DNA of 64,000 nucleotides from Clostridia bacterium. GTDB taxonomy: Bacteria > Bacillota > Clostridia > Christensenellales > Borkfalkiaceae. The DNA lies in assembly GCA_017505465.1 (NCBI GenBank), contig JAFVPE010000020.1:11701-75700 (forward strand). Reading direction: 5' to 3'. Shown here piece after piece: positions 55,059 through 64,000 of the stretch. The first letter of the stretch is position 1. The number at the start of each line of letters is the position of its first letter. A model generated the notes under the pieces. That model saw only the letters and a list, made by a program, of their open reading frames with translations, searched no databases and was not told where the DNA came from. A program made the translations under genes and the position numbers.

Positions 55059-55868
55059 TCAATGATATACCTTTAAATATTTTTCGTATAAGTCTTCTAC
55101 TTGCTTGGCATTTGGTTGCATATTCAAGTAAATGCAATCCGAATAATAGGCTTGGAAAAAGAGCATTGCCGCACCGTTGAGCGTTTTTAATCCAAGCTCT
55201 TTTGCAATGCGCAAGAATTCCGATTCCTTGGGTACGTAAATCAAATCGATCGCCGCCTTTGCACCTGCAAACGCCTTTGCCGTCACAGGGGAAACACCTT
55301 CCGTATCGTGCATACCAACGCCTGTGCAATTGATCAAAAGATCAAAGCCGCCCGCTTCGGGCCTGTCCACGGGAGAAATACCGAGTTCTTCGCAAGTTTC
55401 AAGCATTTTCTCTCTTCTGCGTTGATACAAATAAACGTCAGAGCCTGCGTTTTTCAAGGCAACCGCCGTACTTCTGCCCGAACCGCCGCCGCCAAGAACA
55501 AGCACCCTTTTCCCTTCAAATTCAATCCCCGACGAACGAATCATTTGCAAAAATCCAACTCCGTCGGTGTTGTAGCCCATCCCCGTCGAGTTGAGCACCG
55601 TATTTACGGCTCCGTAGGTGAGCGCATCCCCCTTGACGTCGCTTAGATACGCCATTACGTCCCGTTTATAGGGAATGGTGACGTTAAAGCCGTCAAAATC
55701 GCCGAGCAAACGGCGCATCGCCCAATCAAAATCTTCCGCCCCGACGGAAAAACGCTCGTATTCGCACGCAACACCGAGCTCTTGCAAAATAAAGCGGTGA
55801 ATTTTCTCGCTATCCGACTTAGATACGTCTTTTCCAAGCAAACCGAGCCGCAGTTTTTTCGTTTTCAT
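55059..55868 (-). CDS. aroE: Shikimate dehydrogenase
   Basis: VTIPYK, NTD and GGGGSGRS Rossmann motifs. Confidence 0.9.
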   Translation of the reverse strand: MKTKKLRLGLLGKDVSKSDSEKIHRFILQELGVACEYERFSVGAEDFDWAMRRLLGDFDGFNVTIPYKRDVMAYLSDVKGDALTYGAVNTVLNSTGMGYNTDGVGFLQMIRSSGIEFEGKRVLVLGGGGSGRSTAVALKNAGSDVYLYQRRREKMLETCEELGISPVDRPEAGGFDLLINCTGVGMHDTEGVSPVTAKAFAGAKAAIDLIYVPKESEFLRIAKELGLKTLNGAAMLFFQAYYSDCIYLNMQPNAKQVEDLYEKYLKVYH

Positions 55869-55885
55869 TGCGTACCTGCCCCCTA

Positions 55886-57142
55886 TTAATAGAGTTTTAC
55901 GCCGATTTTTTCAAAGAAATCGGGGAAGGAAATTGCGCAACATTCAGGGCGATAAATATTCCCTCCGTTTTCACTAGCAATCAATCCAACTGCGCCCGTC
56001 ATGGCAATTCTATGGTCGAGATAGCTATCTACGTTGCCGCCGATAAGTTTTTCTTTACCACGAATGATAAAGCCGTCGGGCGTTTCCTCACAATCGCCGC
56101 CAAGATTATTGATAAGCTCTGTCGTCGTGCGGATTCTATCGCTTTCCTTTACACGAAGCTCTTTCGCCCCCGTAATGCGGGTTTCACCGTCCGCAAATGC
56201 GCAAAGTAGCGCCACGAGCGGAAGCTCGTCTATCATCGAGGGAACGTCTTCCGACGAAAGGGTAATCGCGCGCATATTCGACTTTTGCACAAGAATATCC
56301 GCCGTTTCTTCACCGCCCGAAATACGGCGGTTCAGCAAGGAATATTTTACCCCCAAACGGTCAAAAGCCGTCAAGATACCCGTTCTCGTGGGGTTGATCC
56401 CCACGTTTTTGCAAAGGGTTTCCCCCTTCAATGCGCCAAGCGCCATAAAGTACGCCGCCGAAGACACGTCCGAGGGCACGCATACGTCAATGGCTTTGAG
56501 CGCACTCTCTTTCACGATAACGCTATTGCCGTCCACTTGAATATTTGCCCCCATTGCGGCAAGCATACGTTCCGTATGGTCACGAGATTTTACAGGCTCG
56601 GTTACTCTCGTTTCACCGTTTGCGGAAATCCCTGCCAAAAGCACCGCACTCTTTACCTGCGCGGAAGCAATTTTCAATTCCACGTCCGCACCCTGCAAGG
56701 GGGACGGAGAAACGTATACGGGAGCGTGTCCGTCCGTCGTTTTTACGTTTGCGCCAAGCAACGCCAAGGGTTCGGCTACACGCTTCATTGGGCGGGACGA
56801 AAGGGATTCGTCCCCGTAGAGCATCGCATCAATTTTCTTACCTGCGACGTATCCCGTCAACAGTCGAATGGTCGTCCCCGAGTTTCCGCAGTTGAGTTCC
56901 CTACCGCGGCGGAAATGGGGAGTACCGCTCACGCGAAGGGTGGTACCGTCCACGTCGATTTTTGCGCCAAGCGAGCGCATACAGCTACAAGTAGACAAGC
57001 AGTCTTCGCCCATGAGCGCATTGGTAATGACGGCTTCGCCGTCCGCGCCGCCGTTAAGCATAATAGCGCGGTGGGTAACCGACTTATCGCCGGGAAGCTC
57101 AAATTCCCCTTCAAAGCAAGCTCTTCCGTCTATTCGTTGCAT
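55886..57142 (-). CDS. aroA: 3-phosphoshikimate 1-carboxyvinyltransferase (EPSP synthase)
   Basis: LPGDKSVTHR, GNSGTTIRLL, KESDR and DHRIAM motifs. Confidence 0.95.
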   Translation of the reverse strand: MQRIDGRACFEGEFELPGDKSVTHRAIMLNGGADGEAVITNALMGEDCLSTCSCMRSLGAKIDVDGTTLRVSGTPHFRRGRELNCGNSGTTIRLLTGYVAGKKIDAMLYGDESLSSRPMKRVAEPLALLGANVKTTDGHAPVYVSPSPLQGADVELKIASAQVKSAVLLAGISANGETRVTEPVKSRDHTERMLAAMGANIQVDGNSVIVKESALKAIDVCVPSDVSSAAYFMALGALKGETLCKNVGINPTRTGILTAFDRLGVKYSLLNRRISGGEETADILVQKSNMRAITLSSEDVPSMIDELPLVALLCAFADGETRITGAKELRVKESDRIRTTTELINNLGGDCEETPDGFIIRGKEKLIGGNVDSYLDHRIAMTGAVGLIASENGGNIYRPECCAISFPDFFEKIGVKLY

Positions 57143-57190
57143 ACCTGCCCCTCCCTTTTACTTTTTTCTTCTCTCTCTATTCTCGATTTT

Positions 57191-58246
57191 TCAATACGCC
57201 GCCTTGACAAGTGCGGCTTTATATTCTTCGAACGGCAACGAAAATACCGTCCATTTTCCTTTTGCTTTTGCCACCGACATTTTTATTTTTCCATCGTCGG
57301 CGTTCTTTTTGTCCGAACGAGCCTTTTCCGCATCCGCTTCGATATGCGACAAATCCAACGGCGCATTCGGCGCTATTTGAATCGTCTTTTCTACGATTGC
57401 AAGCAATCTTTCCCCATATTCCTTTTCGCAAACGCCCGCTTCGATTGCCATACGAGTTTCAAAAAGCATTCCGTATAGCACGCTTTCGCCGTGGGAAAGT
57501 CCGCTCGTAAGCTCAACGGCGTGTCCCGTCGTATGCCCAACGTTCAAAGAACGGCGCTCGCCGCCTTCCTTCTCGTCCGCCTCCACCACTTTCGCCTTGT
57601 GACAAATACAATCGGTGATAAGCTTCGTCAAAAACGAAAGGTTGATAAACTTATCTTCTTTCCCTTCAATCAAATCAAAAATTTCACTGTTCAACGCCGC
57701 ATACTTGACAATTTCACCAACGCCGCACTTGATTTCCCTCGCAGGCAAGGTTTGCAAGAAAGTGGGATCGACAAGCACTTCACAAGGCTGATAGAACGCC
57801 CCGACAACGTTTTTCACGCCGCCGAGATCCACCGCCGTTTTACCGCCCACGCTACTATCCACTTGTGCAAGCAAGGTTGTGGGAATTTGCACGCAGGAAA
57901 TACCGCGCATATAGAGCGCCGCAGCCAAGCCGCCGATGTCGCCGACTACGCCGCCGCCTACCGCAAACAAACGAGAGGTTCGATGCAACCCTGCCCCCGT
58001 CATTTTCTCTAAAATGGCATAGAGAGAAGGGAACGTTTTATTCTCTTCCCCTGCGGGCAACACAAAAATTTCTACGCCGTCAAACCATTTTTTAAACCAT
58101 TGCGAATAGAGCGCGTAAACGTTGCTATCCGTCACGACAAAATTCTTTTGTCCCTGCGTAAGCGCAGGCAATCTATTTTCAATAACGTCCGTTCCGACGT
58201 ATATTCTGCCTTCCAGCGAAGGCGTTTTCAAGGTGATACTTTCCAT
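57191..58246 (-). CDS. aroB: 3-dehydroquinate synthase
   Basis: GGGVVGD, VDSSVGGKT and GHTTGHA motifs. Start set at the ATG at 58246 (MESITLK); the longer ORF-track version overlaps aroC. Confidence 0.9.
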   Translation of the reverse strand: MESITLKTPSLEGRIYVGTDVIENRLPALTQGQKNFVVTDSNVYALYSQWFKKWFDGVEIFVLPAGEENKTFPSLYAILEKMTGAGLHRTSRLFAVGGGVVGDIGGLAAALYMRGISCVQIPTTLLAQVDSSVGGKTAVDLGGVKNVVGAFYQPCEVLVDPTFLQTLPAREIKCGVGEIVKYAALNSEIFDLIEGKEDKFINLSFLTKLITDCICHKAKVVEADEKEGGERRSLNVGHTTGHAVELTSGLSHGESVLYGMLFETRMAIEAGVCEKEYGERLLAIVEKTIQIAPNAPLDLSHIEADAEKARSDKKNADDGKIKMSVAKAKGKWTVFSLPFEEYKAALVKAAY

Positions 58247-58256
58247 AATTTTCTCT

Positions 58257-59396
58257 TTAAGGAAGCTGCTCGTAACGAGCCTTAACCTGCGACATTGTAT
58301 CGCCGCCAAGGCGTTTTGCAACTGCATTCGCGAGCGTTTCCGCCACCACTGCTTCCGCAATGATTTTGAGCGCAAAAATAGCGCAAGCGTCACTGCGTTC
58401 GGATGCGGCAACCGCTTTTTCTTTCGTGCCGTATTCCACCGTTTGCAAGCCTTTCATCAAGGTGGGAATAGGTTTCATCGCTATGCGAAGAATAATTTCT
58501 TCGCCGTTGCTCATTCCACCTTCAATACCGCCTGCACGGTTGGTCGTACGGTAAAAGCCCTTGCTTTCGTCATAGTAAATTTCGTCGTGAATTTCCCTGC
58601 CGCTTGCACTGCCAACGGCAAAGCCTGTGCCGACTTCCACCCCTTTGACCGCTTGAATACTCATCAAGCCTTGTGCAAGCTGTGCGTCTAATTTTTCCGC
58701 ATACGTCATAACGTTGCCAAAGCCGCTCTTCAAGCCTTTCACGCGGATTTCCACAATACCGCCTGCCGTATCGCCGTCCTTTCTAATCTGTGCGATTTTC
58801 GCCTTGGCTTGCTCTTCCGCTTGTATATCGAGCATACCCGTCTCGGTGGTATTTGCACGAAGCAAATCGTTAAACTCGTACCTGCCCCCGTCTTTTATAC
58901 CGCAAATCTCGCAAACGTAACCGCCAATTTCCACGCCGAGTGCCGACAAATATTGACGGTATACACCGCCTGCCGCCACGCGAATTGCCGTTTCTCGTGC
59001 GGAAGCACGCTCCAAAATATTTCGCGCGTCTTCCTGCTCGAATTTGAGCATTCCCGTCAAATCCGCATGCCCCGGACGCACCTTGGTGAGCTGCTTTTTT
59101 GCCATCGCTTCTTGATCGCAAGCCTCGGGCGACATACAGTTTTCCCAATTTGCAAAATCCTTGTTATAAATGCAAAGGGTTACGGGACTACCGAGCGTTT
59201 CGCCGTTGCGCACGCCCGTCAAGATTTCCGCTCTATCCTTTTCGATTTTTTGACGAGCTCCGCGACCATAGCCGCTTTGACGAAGCGCAAGCGCTTCGTT
59301 GATCTTGTCCATATTAAGGGACAAATGTGCAGGTAAACCCTCAATAATCGCAACCAAAGCTTTGCCGTGCGATTCCCCTGCCGTCGTCAATTTCAT
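58257..59396 (-). CDS. aroC: Chorismate synthase
   Basis: TAGESHG, GRGARQ, RPGHAD and ERSDACA motifs. Confidence 0.95.
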   Translation of the reverse strand: MKLTTAGESHGKALVAIIEGLPAHLSLNMDKINEALALRQSGYGRGARQKIEKDRAEILTGVRNGETLGSPVTLCIYNKDFANWENCMSPEACDQEAMAKKQLTKVRPGHADLTGMLKFEQEDARNILERASARETAIRVAAGGVYRQYLSALGVEIGGYVCEICGIKDGGRYEFNDLLRANTTETGMLDIQAEEQAKAKIAQIRKDGDTAGGIVEIRVKGLKSGFGNVMTYAEKLDAQLAQGLMSIQAVKGVEVGTGFAVGSASGREIHDEIYYDESKGFYRTTNRAGGIEGGMSNGEEIILRIAMKPIPTLMKGLQTVEYGTKEKAVAASERSDACAIFALKIIAEAVVAETLANAVAKRLGGDTMSQVKARYEQLP

Positions 59397-59412
59397 AAAA
59401 TCTCACCTACCT

Positions 59413-61986
59413 TTATCTCATCGCCAAAACGTAGTTTCCGCCGATATAATCCACCGTTACGCGTTGATTATTGCGAATTCTGCCGAGCAAAATTTCTTCG
59501 GAAAGTCTATCTTCTACACGGCGTTGAATGATTCTCTTTAACGGTCTTGCGCCGTACAATGCGTCGTAACCTTCTTCCACAAGCGCTTTGAGCGCAGGCT
59601 CGGTTACCGTCAAAATAATACCGCGCTGTTCAAGCAAGCGTTTCGACAAGCCTTCGACAAGCTTCACGCCGATGCGAATGCAATCCGCCATAGACAAACG
59701 GTGGAATACGATGATATCGTCCATACGATTCAAGAATTCCGGACGGAACTTGTCCTTCAACGTCTTGGTAATATTTTCTTTCATTGATTCGTATTGACGT
59801 TCATTCACGCCGCCGCCACTTCTATCGTCGCTGCCAAACCCGTACACACCCGTGCGTTGGGTTTCCGTTTCCGTTGCGCCTGCGTTGGACGTGAGAATGA
59901 TCACGGCGTTTTTAAAACTAACCGTTCTTCCCTTGCTATCCGTCAATCGCCCGTCGTCCAAAATTTGCAAAAGCAGGTTGAAAACGTCAGGATGCGCCTT
60001 TTCAATTTCGTCGAAAAGAATAACGCAATAGGGTTTGGTACGGACTTTGTCCGTAAGCTGTCCCGTCGAAAGATCCTCGTAGCCCACGTATCCCGGGGGC
60101 GCGCCGATGAGCTTGGAAATGGATTGCTTTTCCATATATTCGCTCATATCCAATCGAATCATTTGCTCTTCCGAACCGAAAAGCGCTTCCGCCAATGCCT
60201 TGCAAAGGTCGGTTTTACCTACGCCGGTAGGCCCGACGAAAATGAACGAGCCGATGGGACGGGAAGGATCTTTCAGCCCTGCGCGCGCACGGCGAATTGC
60301 CTTCGAAACCGCACAAACCGCTTCGTTTTGTCCAATGATACGCTTATGCAAGTCTTCTTCAAGGCGCATGAGCTTTTCGCCTTCTTCCTGCGTAATTTTC
60401 AAAAGCGGAATGCGCATTCTCGCACTAACGATTGCCGCAACGTGCTCACTGCCGATGCCGCTTCTGCCGTCGGGCAAGCGTTTGGGGGATTGCGCCTGTT
60501 CCAAAGCACGGATTTTATCTTCCGCAAGCTTTTTGCGTTTCAAAGCCTCCGTCGCCAAGGCGTTTTCGCCACGGTTGTAATGCATGATGCGCTCTTCTTC
60601 AAGGATTTGTACTTCCTTTCTCGCTTCTTGCATTTCTACGCCGCCGCCCTCTTCTACAATGCGCACGCGCGCCGCCGCCTCGTCCACAAGGTCGATTGCC
60701 TTATCCGGCAAAAATCTATCGTTTATGTAGCGGGTGGAAAGCTTGACCGCCGCCTCAATGGCTTCGTCCGTAATGACGATGCCGTGGTGTTCTTCATATT
60801 TGGGGCGCAAGCCCTTGATGATTTCAATCGTATCTTTTTCGGACGGCTCTTCCACGTACACGGGAGTGAAACGGCGCTCCAAAGCGCTATCCTTTTCGAT
60901 GTATTTGCGGTATTCTTCAATCGTCGTTGCGCCGATGATTTGCAAATCCCCACGCGCGAGCATAGGCTTTAAGATATTCGCCGCATCCATATTACTATCC
61001 GCCGAACCGCCTGCACCCACGAGCGTATGAATCTCGTCGATAAAGAGTACGATATCTTGATTCTTTACAACGGTATCAATTAAATTCTTCAACTTCTCTT
61101 CGAAGTCGCCGCGATAGCGCGTACCTGCCAACATCCCCGGTAAATCCACCGAGAAAATCGTCTTATTATAAAGCTGTGCAGGCACTTCGCCCTTGACGAT
61201 AAGCTGCGAAAGTCCTTCGACAATCGCACTCTTACCAACGCCGGGCTCACCCACGAGTACGGGGTTATTTTTTAAACGGCGGGAGAGTACTTGCACGACC
61301 TTTTCAATCTCTTTTTGACGACCGATAACGGGGTCCATTTTGCCCTTTTTCGCACGTTCCGTCATATCGATACCGCAGTCGGGCAAAGCCTCTTCGCCCT
61401 TCTTTAAGCTCTTCTTCATCTTTTGCGAATTATCCGTCATTACGGCGTTTTGCGCTTGGTCGAAAGAGGACGTACTTGCGCCGCCCGAATAGCTATCCGT
61501 CAAGGGATTGAGCGAATCGCCGCTCTTTTCTTCAAGCTCACCGCTCTTTTTGCGATAGATCATCACGCGAATCGCCGATTCGGCGTCTTGCTTCAAATCT
61601 TCCAAGGACGCCATCGTAGCGAGAAAACGAGCCGCGCGGCTCTTGGGCATTTTCAAAATTTCATACAGCATATGCGCCGTGCTTGCAAGCATTCCTTCCG
61701 CCTGCGCCGCATTCACCGCGCTTTCGTATATTTTTTGCGTATTGGGCGTCATGCCTTTTCCCGAATAATTTTTATCCACACATTTTATGAAAAGCTTAGA
61801 ATACTGCTCAGGTGTAACACAACAGCCCGTAAGAATTTTGTAGGCATCGCATTCGGGAAGCTGCAAAAATGCGTAAATAAAATGCTCACTGCCGATAAAG
61901 GAAGTACCCGCAACAGCCGCAGCCGCTTCGTTTGCAAGCTTAAATGCTTTCTTGAAATTTTCCGTTGTCTTAGACAAAGGTTGCAT
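59413..61986 (-). CDS. clpC: ATP-dependent Clp protease ATP-binding subunit ClpC
   Basis: Clp_N repeats, two AAA+ modules ([16 protein letters not shown]), a short M-domain and a YGFG ClpP-docking-like loop. Located downstream of mcsA-mcsB. Confidence 0.9.
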   Translation of the reverse strand: MQPLSKTTENFKKAFKLANEAAAAVAGTSFIGSEHFIYAFLQLPECDAYKILTGCCVTPEQYSKLFIKCVDKNYSGKGMTPNTQKIYESAVNAAQAEGMLASTAHMLYEILKMPKSRAARFLATMASLEDLKQDAESAIRVMIYRKKSGELEEKSGDSLNPLTDSYSGGASTSSFDQAQNAVMTDNSQKMKKSLKKGEEALPDCGIDMTERAKKGKMDPVIGRQKEIEKVVQVLSRRLKNNPVLVGEPGVGKSAIVEGLSQLIVKGEVPAQLYNKTIFSVDLPGMLAGTRYRGDFEEKLKNLIDTVVKNQDIVLFIDEIHTLVGAGGSADSNMDAANILKPMLARGDLQIIGATTIEEYRKYIEKDSALERRFTPVYVEEPSEKDTIEIIKGLRPKYEEHHGIVITDEAIEAAVKLSTRYINDRFLPDKAIDLVDEAAARVRIVEEGGGVEMQEARKEVQILEEERIMHYNRGENALATEALKRKKLAEDKIRALEQAQSPKRLPDGRSGIGSEHVAAIVSARMRIPLLKITQEEGEKLMRLEEDLHKRIIGQNEAVCAVSKAIRRARAGLKDPSRPIGSFIFVGPTGVGKTDLCKALAEALFGSEEQMIRLDMSEYMEKQSISKLIGAPPGYVGYEDLSTGQLTDKVRTKPYCVILFDEIEKAHPDVFNLLLQILDDGRLTDSKGRTVSFKNAVIILTSNAGATETETQRTGVYGFGSDDRSGGGVNERQYESMKENITKTLKDKFRPEFLNRMDDIIVFHRLSMADCIRIGVKLVEGLSKRLLEQRGIILTVTEPALKALVEEGYDALYGARPLKRIIQRRVEDRLSEEILLGRIRNNQRVTVDYIGGNYVLAMR

Positions 61987-62016
61987 AACCCTCTCCTATT
62001 GCGTTTTTAACGCCGA

Positions 62017-63114
62017 TTATTTTCGTTTCACTAAAACCATTTCGGGCAATACCGTCCCGACGATTTCCGCACGCGATTCGTCGCATTTTTTCTCACTTGC
62101 TCGAAGCAAGTCGTTGCTAACTCGAATGGACGCAGGGCGCATATCGTTGAACAGCCTGTCAAACCCTTTCTTGTCAATCATATCAAAGAAACCAAGCGTT
62201 GCGCCGAAACGCACCTCCGACATCTTTTCCTTAAACTCTGCAAAAGGCAACACCGCACAGTTTGTGAGCACGCCGTACGCACGCAAGCACTTGTCTTTGA
62301 GCGTTGTACCCAAAGCTCTCTTTAACTCCGCTTCCGCATCGTACTCCTTTTCGGCAAGCTCCATCGTCATACGGGTAACTTTTTCTAACAGCTCTTGCTC
62401 CGAAAGTCCCAAAGTCCGTTCGTTGCTCACTTGATAGAGATACCCTTCCGAACTCGTGCCTTCCCCGTACGCACCACGGACGGTAAGCCCTTCGCTACGG
62501 ATAGACGGCAACATCTTTTTGAGTTCGCCGTTCATGGAAAGCGCAGGCAGGAAAATCATAACCGACGCGCGCATTCCCGTGCCGAGATTGCTCGGACAAG
62601 CGGTGATATACCCCAATTTATCGTCGAAGGCAAAATCGTAAGTCGAGCCCAAACCGTCGTCGATTGCGCTAATGCGCTCATACGCCTTCGTAAGTTGAAA
62701 ACCACTGCAAATGTACTGCTCGCGAAGGTGGTCTTCTTCGTTCACCATAATCGAAATGCTTTCCTCGTCATCGTAGATAAACGCCGCGCCGCTCTTGCTT
62801 TTCAATAACGCAGGACTAATCAAATGCTGCTCTAAAAGCAATTTTGCGCTCTGCGGATCGAGATCCGACATTTTATATTTGGTGAAAGCGAGATATTCTT
62901 GTTTCAAAAGGCGAGCCTTTCTCGCCGAAAGCTTGGAAACCAAATATTGATTTTCCACTTCAAACTTTTTTAAGCCCTCGCCTACGAGATACACGATATC
63001 CTCCGCTTGCATCTCGTCCATCTTTCTAGGGAAGGGATATGCAGCGAAATTTCTCGCCAAACGAATGCGCGTAGAGGTGACTATTTCTTGAGCAAAATCC
63101 GCGGTGTATGCCAT
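62017..63114 (-). CDS. mcsB: Protein arginine kinase
   Basis: ATP:guanido phosphotransferase core (SSRIRLARN-like TRIRLARNF, CPSNLGTGMRASV). Confidence 0.9.
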   Translation of the reverse strand: MAYTADFAQEIVTSTRIRLARNFAAYPFPRKMDEMQAEDIVYLVGEGLKKFEVENQYLVSKLSARKARLLKQEYLAFTKYKMSDLDPQSAKLLLEQHLISPALLKSKSGAAFIYDDEESISIMVNEEDHLREQYICSGFQLTKAYERISAIDDGLGSTYDFAFDDKLGYITACPSNLGTGMRASVMIFLPALSMNGELKKMLPSIRSEGLTVRGAYGEGTSSEGYLYQVSNERTLGLSEQELLEKVTRMTMELAEKEYDAEAELKRALGTTLKDKCLRAYGVLTNCAVLPFAEFKEKMSEVRFGATLGFFDMIDKKGFDRLFNDMRPASIRVSNDLLRASEKKCDESRAEIVGTVLPEMVLVKRK

Positions 63115-63626
63115 ACGAACTCCTCCTCCACTACGCCGTTGCTACGCATCATGGAAAGCTTATCCGCATATCCTTTTGCGTCCTCGTAGTTATTCTCTCT
63201 TTGCAATTTTGCAATAATCATAATAAGCTCGTTGCATTGACGGTCGAAGCGCGCTTTTCCCATCGCTTCCTTTCGAAGCTGCGCGTCGTAGACCGCACCG
63301 CCGAGCGAGTTTTCTTCTTCGTATTCTAAGGGCGGCGTTTTTCCGTTATGCCCTTGTTCCCCTTGCATTTTTATGACGACGGGCGTGATACTACCCTTCA
63401 TCGTGCGGTAACAATACGCGCAACCGACGAGCTTCGTTTTGGAAAACTCTTCCACCGTCGTGCCGCAATACGGACACGCAGGCAAAGACGCCTCGTCCGT
63501 AGCACCCTCGACGAAAAAGCGAGCTTGATAGCATTCCATGCAGTAATATTCCACGGTTTTTACCCCGTTTCTTGTTAGCTCGTACGTCTTCGTAGCTTCA
63601 TTTTTTTTGCAATAACCGCACCGCAT
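63081..63626 (-). CDS. mcsA: McsA (zinc-finger / UVR-motif activator of McsB)
   Basis: Paired CxxC motifs at the N-terminus and a C-terminal UVR-like helix. Overlaps the mcsB start by 34 nt. Confidence 0.8.
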   Translation of the reverse strand: MRCGYCKKNEATKTYELTRNGVKTVEYYCMECYQARFFVEGATDEASLPACPYCGTTVEEFSKTKLVGCAYCYRTMKGSITPVVIKMQGEQGHNGKTPPLEYEEENSLGGAVYDAQLRKEAMGKARFDRQCNELIMIIAKLQRENNYEDAKGYADKLSMMRSNGVVEEEFVWHTPRILLKK

Positions 63627-63638
63627 ACAAACTCCCCG

Positions 63639-63995
63639 TTACGCCTGTTCTTCTTTGCTTTCTTTTTCCGCTTTTTTCTTCTTATCAAAGCGAGATCTAA
63701 ACACTTCCCAAAGCACTTCCACCACCTGTAAAGGTATGCCGATTAGGAATGTCAAGCCTAAAAACTGCGTTTCAATACCATAATGCTTGAACACTTGCAC
63801 AAGCGTTAAAAACACACTCAAAATCGCCGTCCAAATCAAGGCGGAAATCACAATCCCTTTTACCACGCGGTATTTCCATCTCGTCGAGAATACGGTCAAA
63901 ACGATAGAGTTTACCGCCAACGCATAAATAAAAGCCAACCACCAAGGGCCGCGTCCGGGCGCAAATACTTCCAACAACACGAAAACGCTAATCAT
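63639..63995 (-). CDS. Hypothetical 118-aa membrane protein
   Basis: Four hydrophobic segments and a Lys/Glu-rich tail. It occupies the position where ctsR would normally be expected. Confidence 0.5.
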   Translation of the reverse strand: MISVFVLLEVFAPGRGPWWLAFIYALAVNSIVLTVFSTRWKYRVVKGIVISALIWTAILSVFLTLVQVFKHYGIETQFLGLTFLIGIPLQVVEVLWEVFRSRFDKKKKAEKESKEEQA

Positions 63996-64000
63996 TGCAA

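Noticed and set aside
63639-63995. I checked whether the gene upstream of mcsA is ctsR.
   Set aside because: The product is a four-TM hydrophobic protein with a Lys/Glu tail. It has no winged-HTH CtsR-like sequence.

Overview
This 64-kb window looks like chromosome from a Bacillota (Clostridia-like) organism. It is about 90% coding and almost all genes are on the minus strand. The content is mostly housekeeping: rnr-smpB; lysC; cdaA; comEC/holA; the rimP-nusA-ylxR-ylxQ-infB-rbfA-nrnA cluster; ispG, nrdR and rarA; a DAHP synthase plus pheA; coaD/rsmD; alr; the dnaG-rpoD-trmK-nif3 cluster; dtd, efp and an M24 peptidase; a Phe T-box leader driving pheS-pheT-truB-ribF; mscL; nth; and a complete aroC-B-A-E-Q-K shikimate operon that abuts mcsA-mcsB-clpC. 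I saw no rRNA, tRNA, CRISPR array, transposase, integrase or recognisable defence gene. I do not see a convincing novel multi-gene system. The most unusual items are: (1) a 276-bp, highly self-complementary element bounded by 27-nt inverted repeats just upstream of nth; (2) a PolC-like protein with N-domain, OB fold and exonuclease but no polymerase, sitting in the usual polC position; (3) a lipoprotein gene bracketed by perfect 28-bp direct repeats; (4) cdaR apparently reduced to a 35-codon transmembrane mini-ORF; (5) several small ORFs absent from the six-frame ORF track and candidate leaderless genes. All functional calls come from recognising motifs and gene order by eye, not from database searches. 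Start codons were refined only where an in-frame ATG with a Shine-Dalgarno (SD) sequence was visible.
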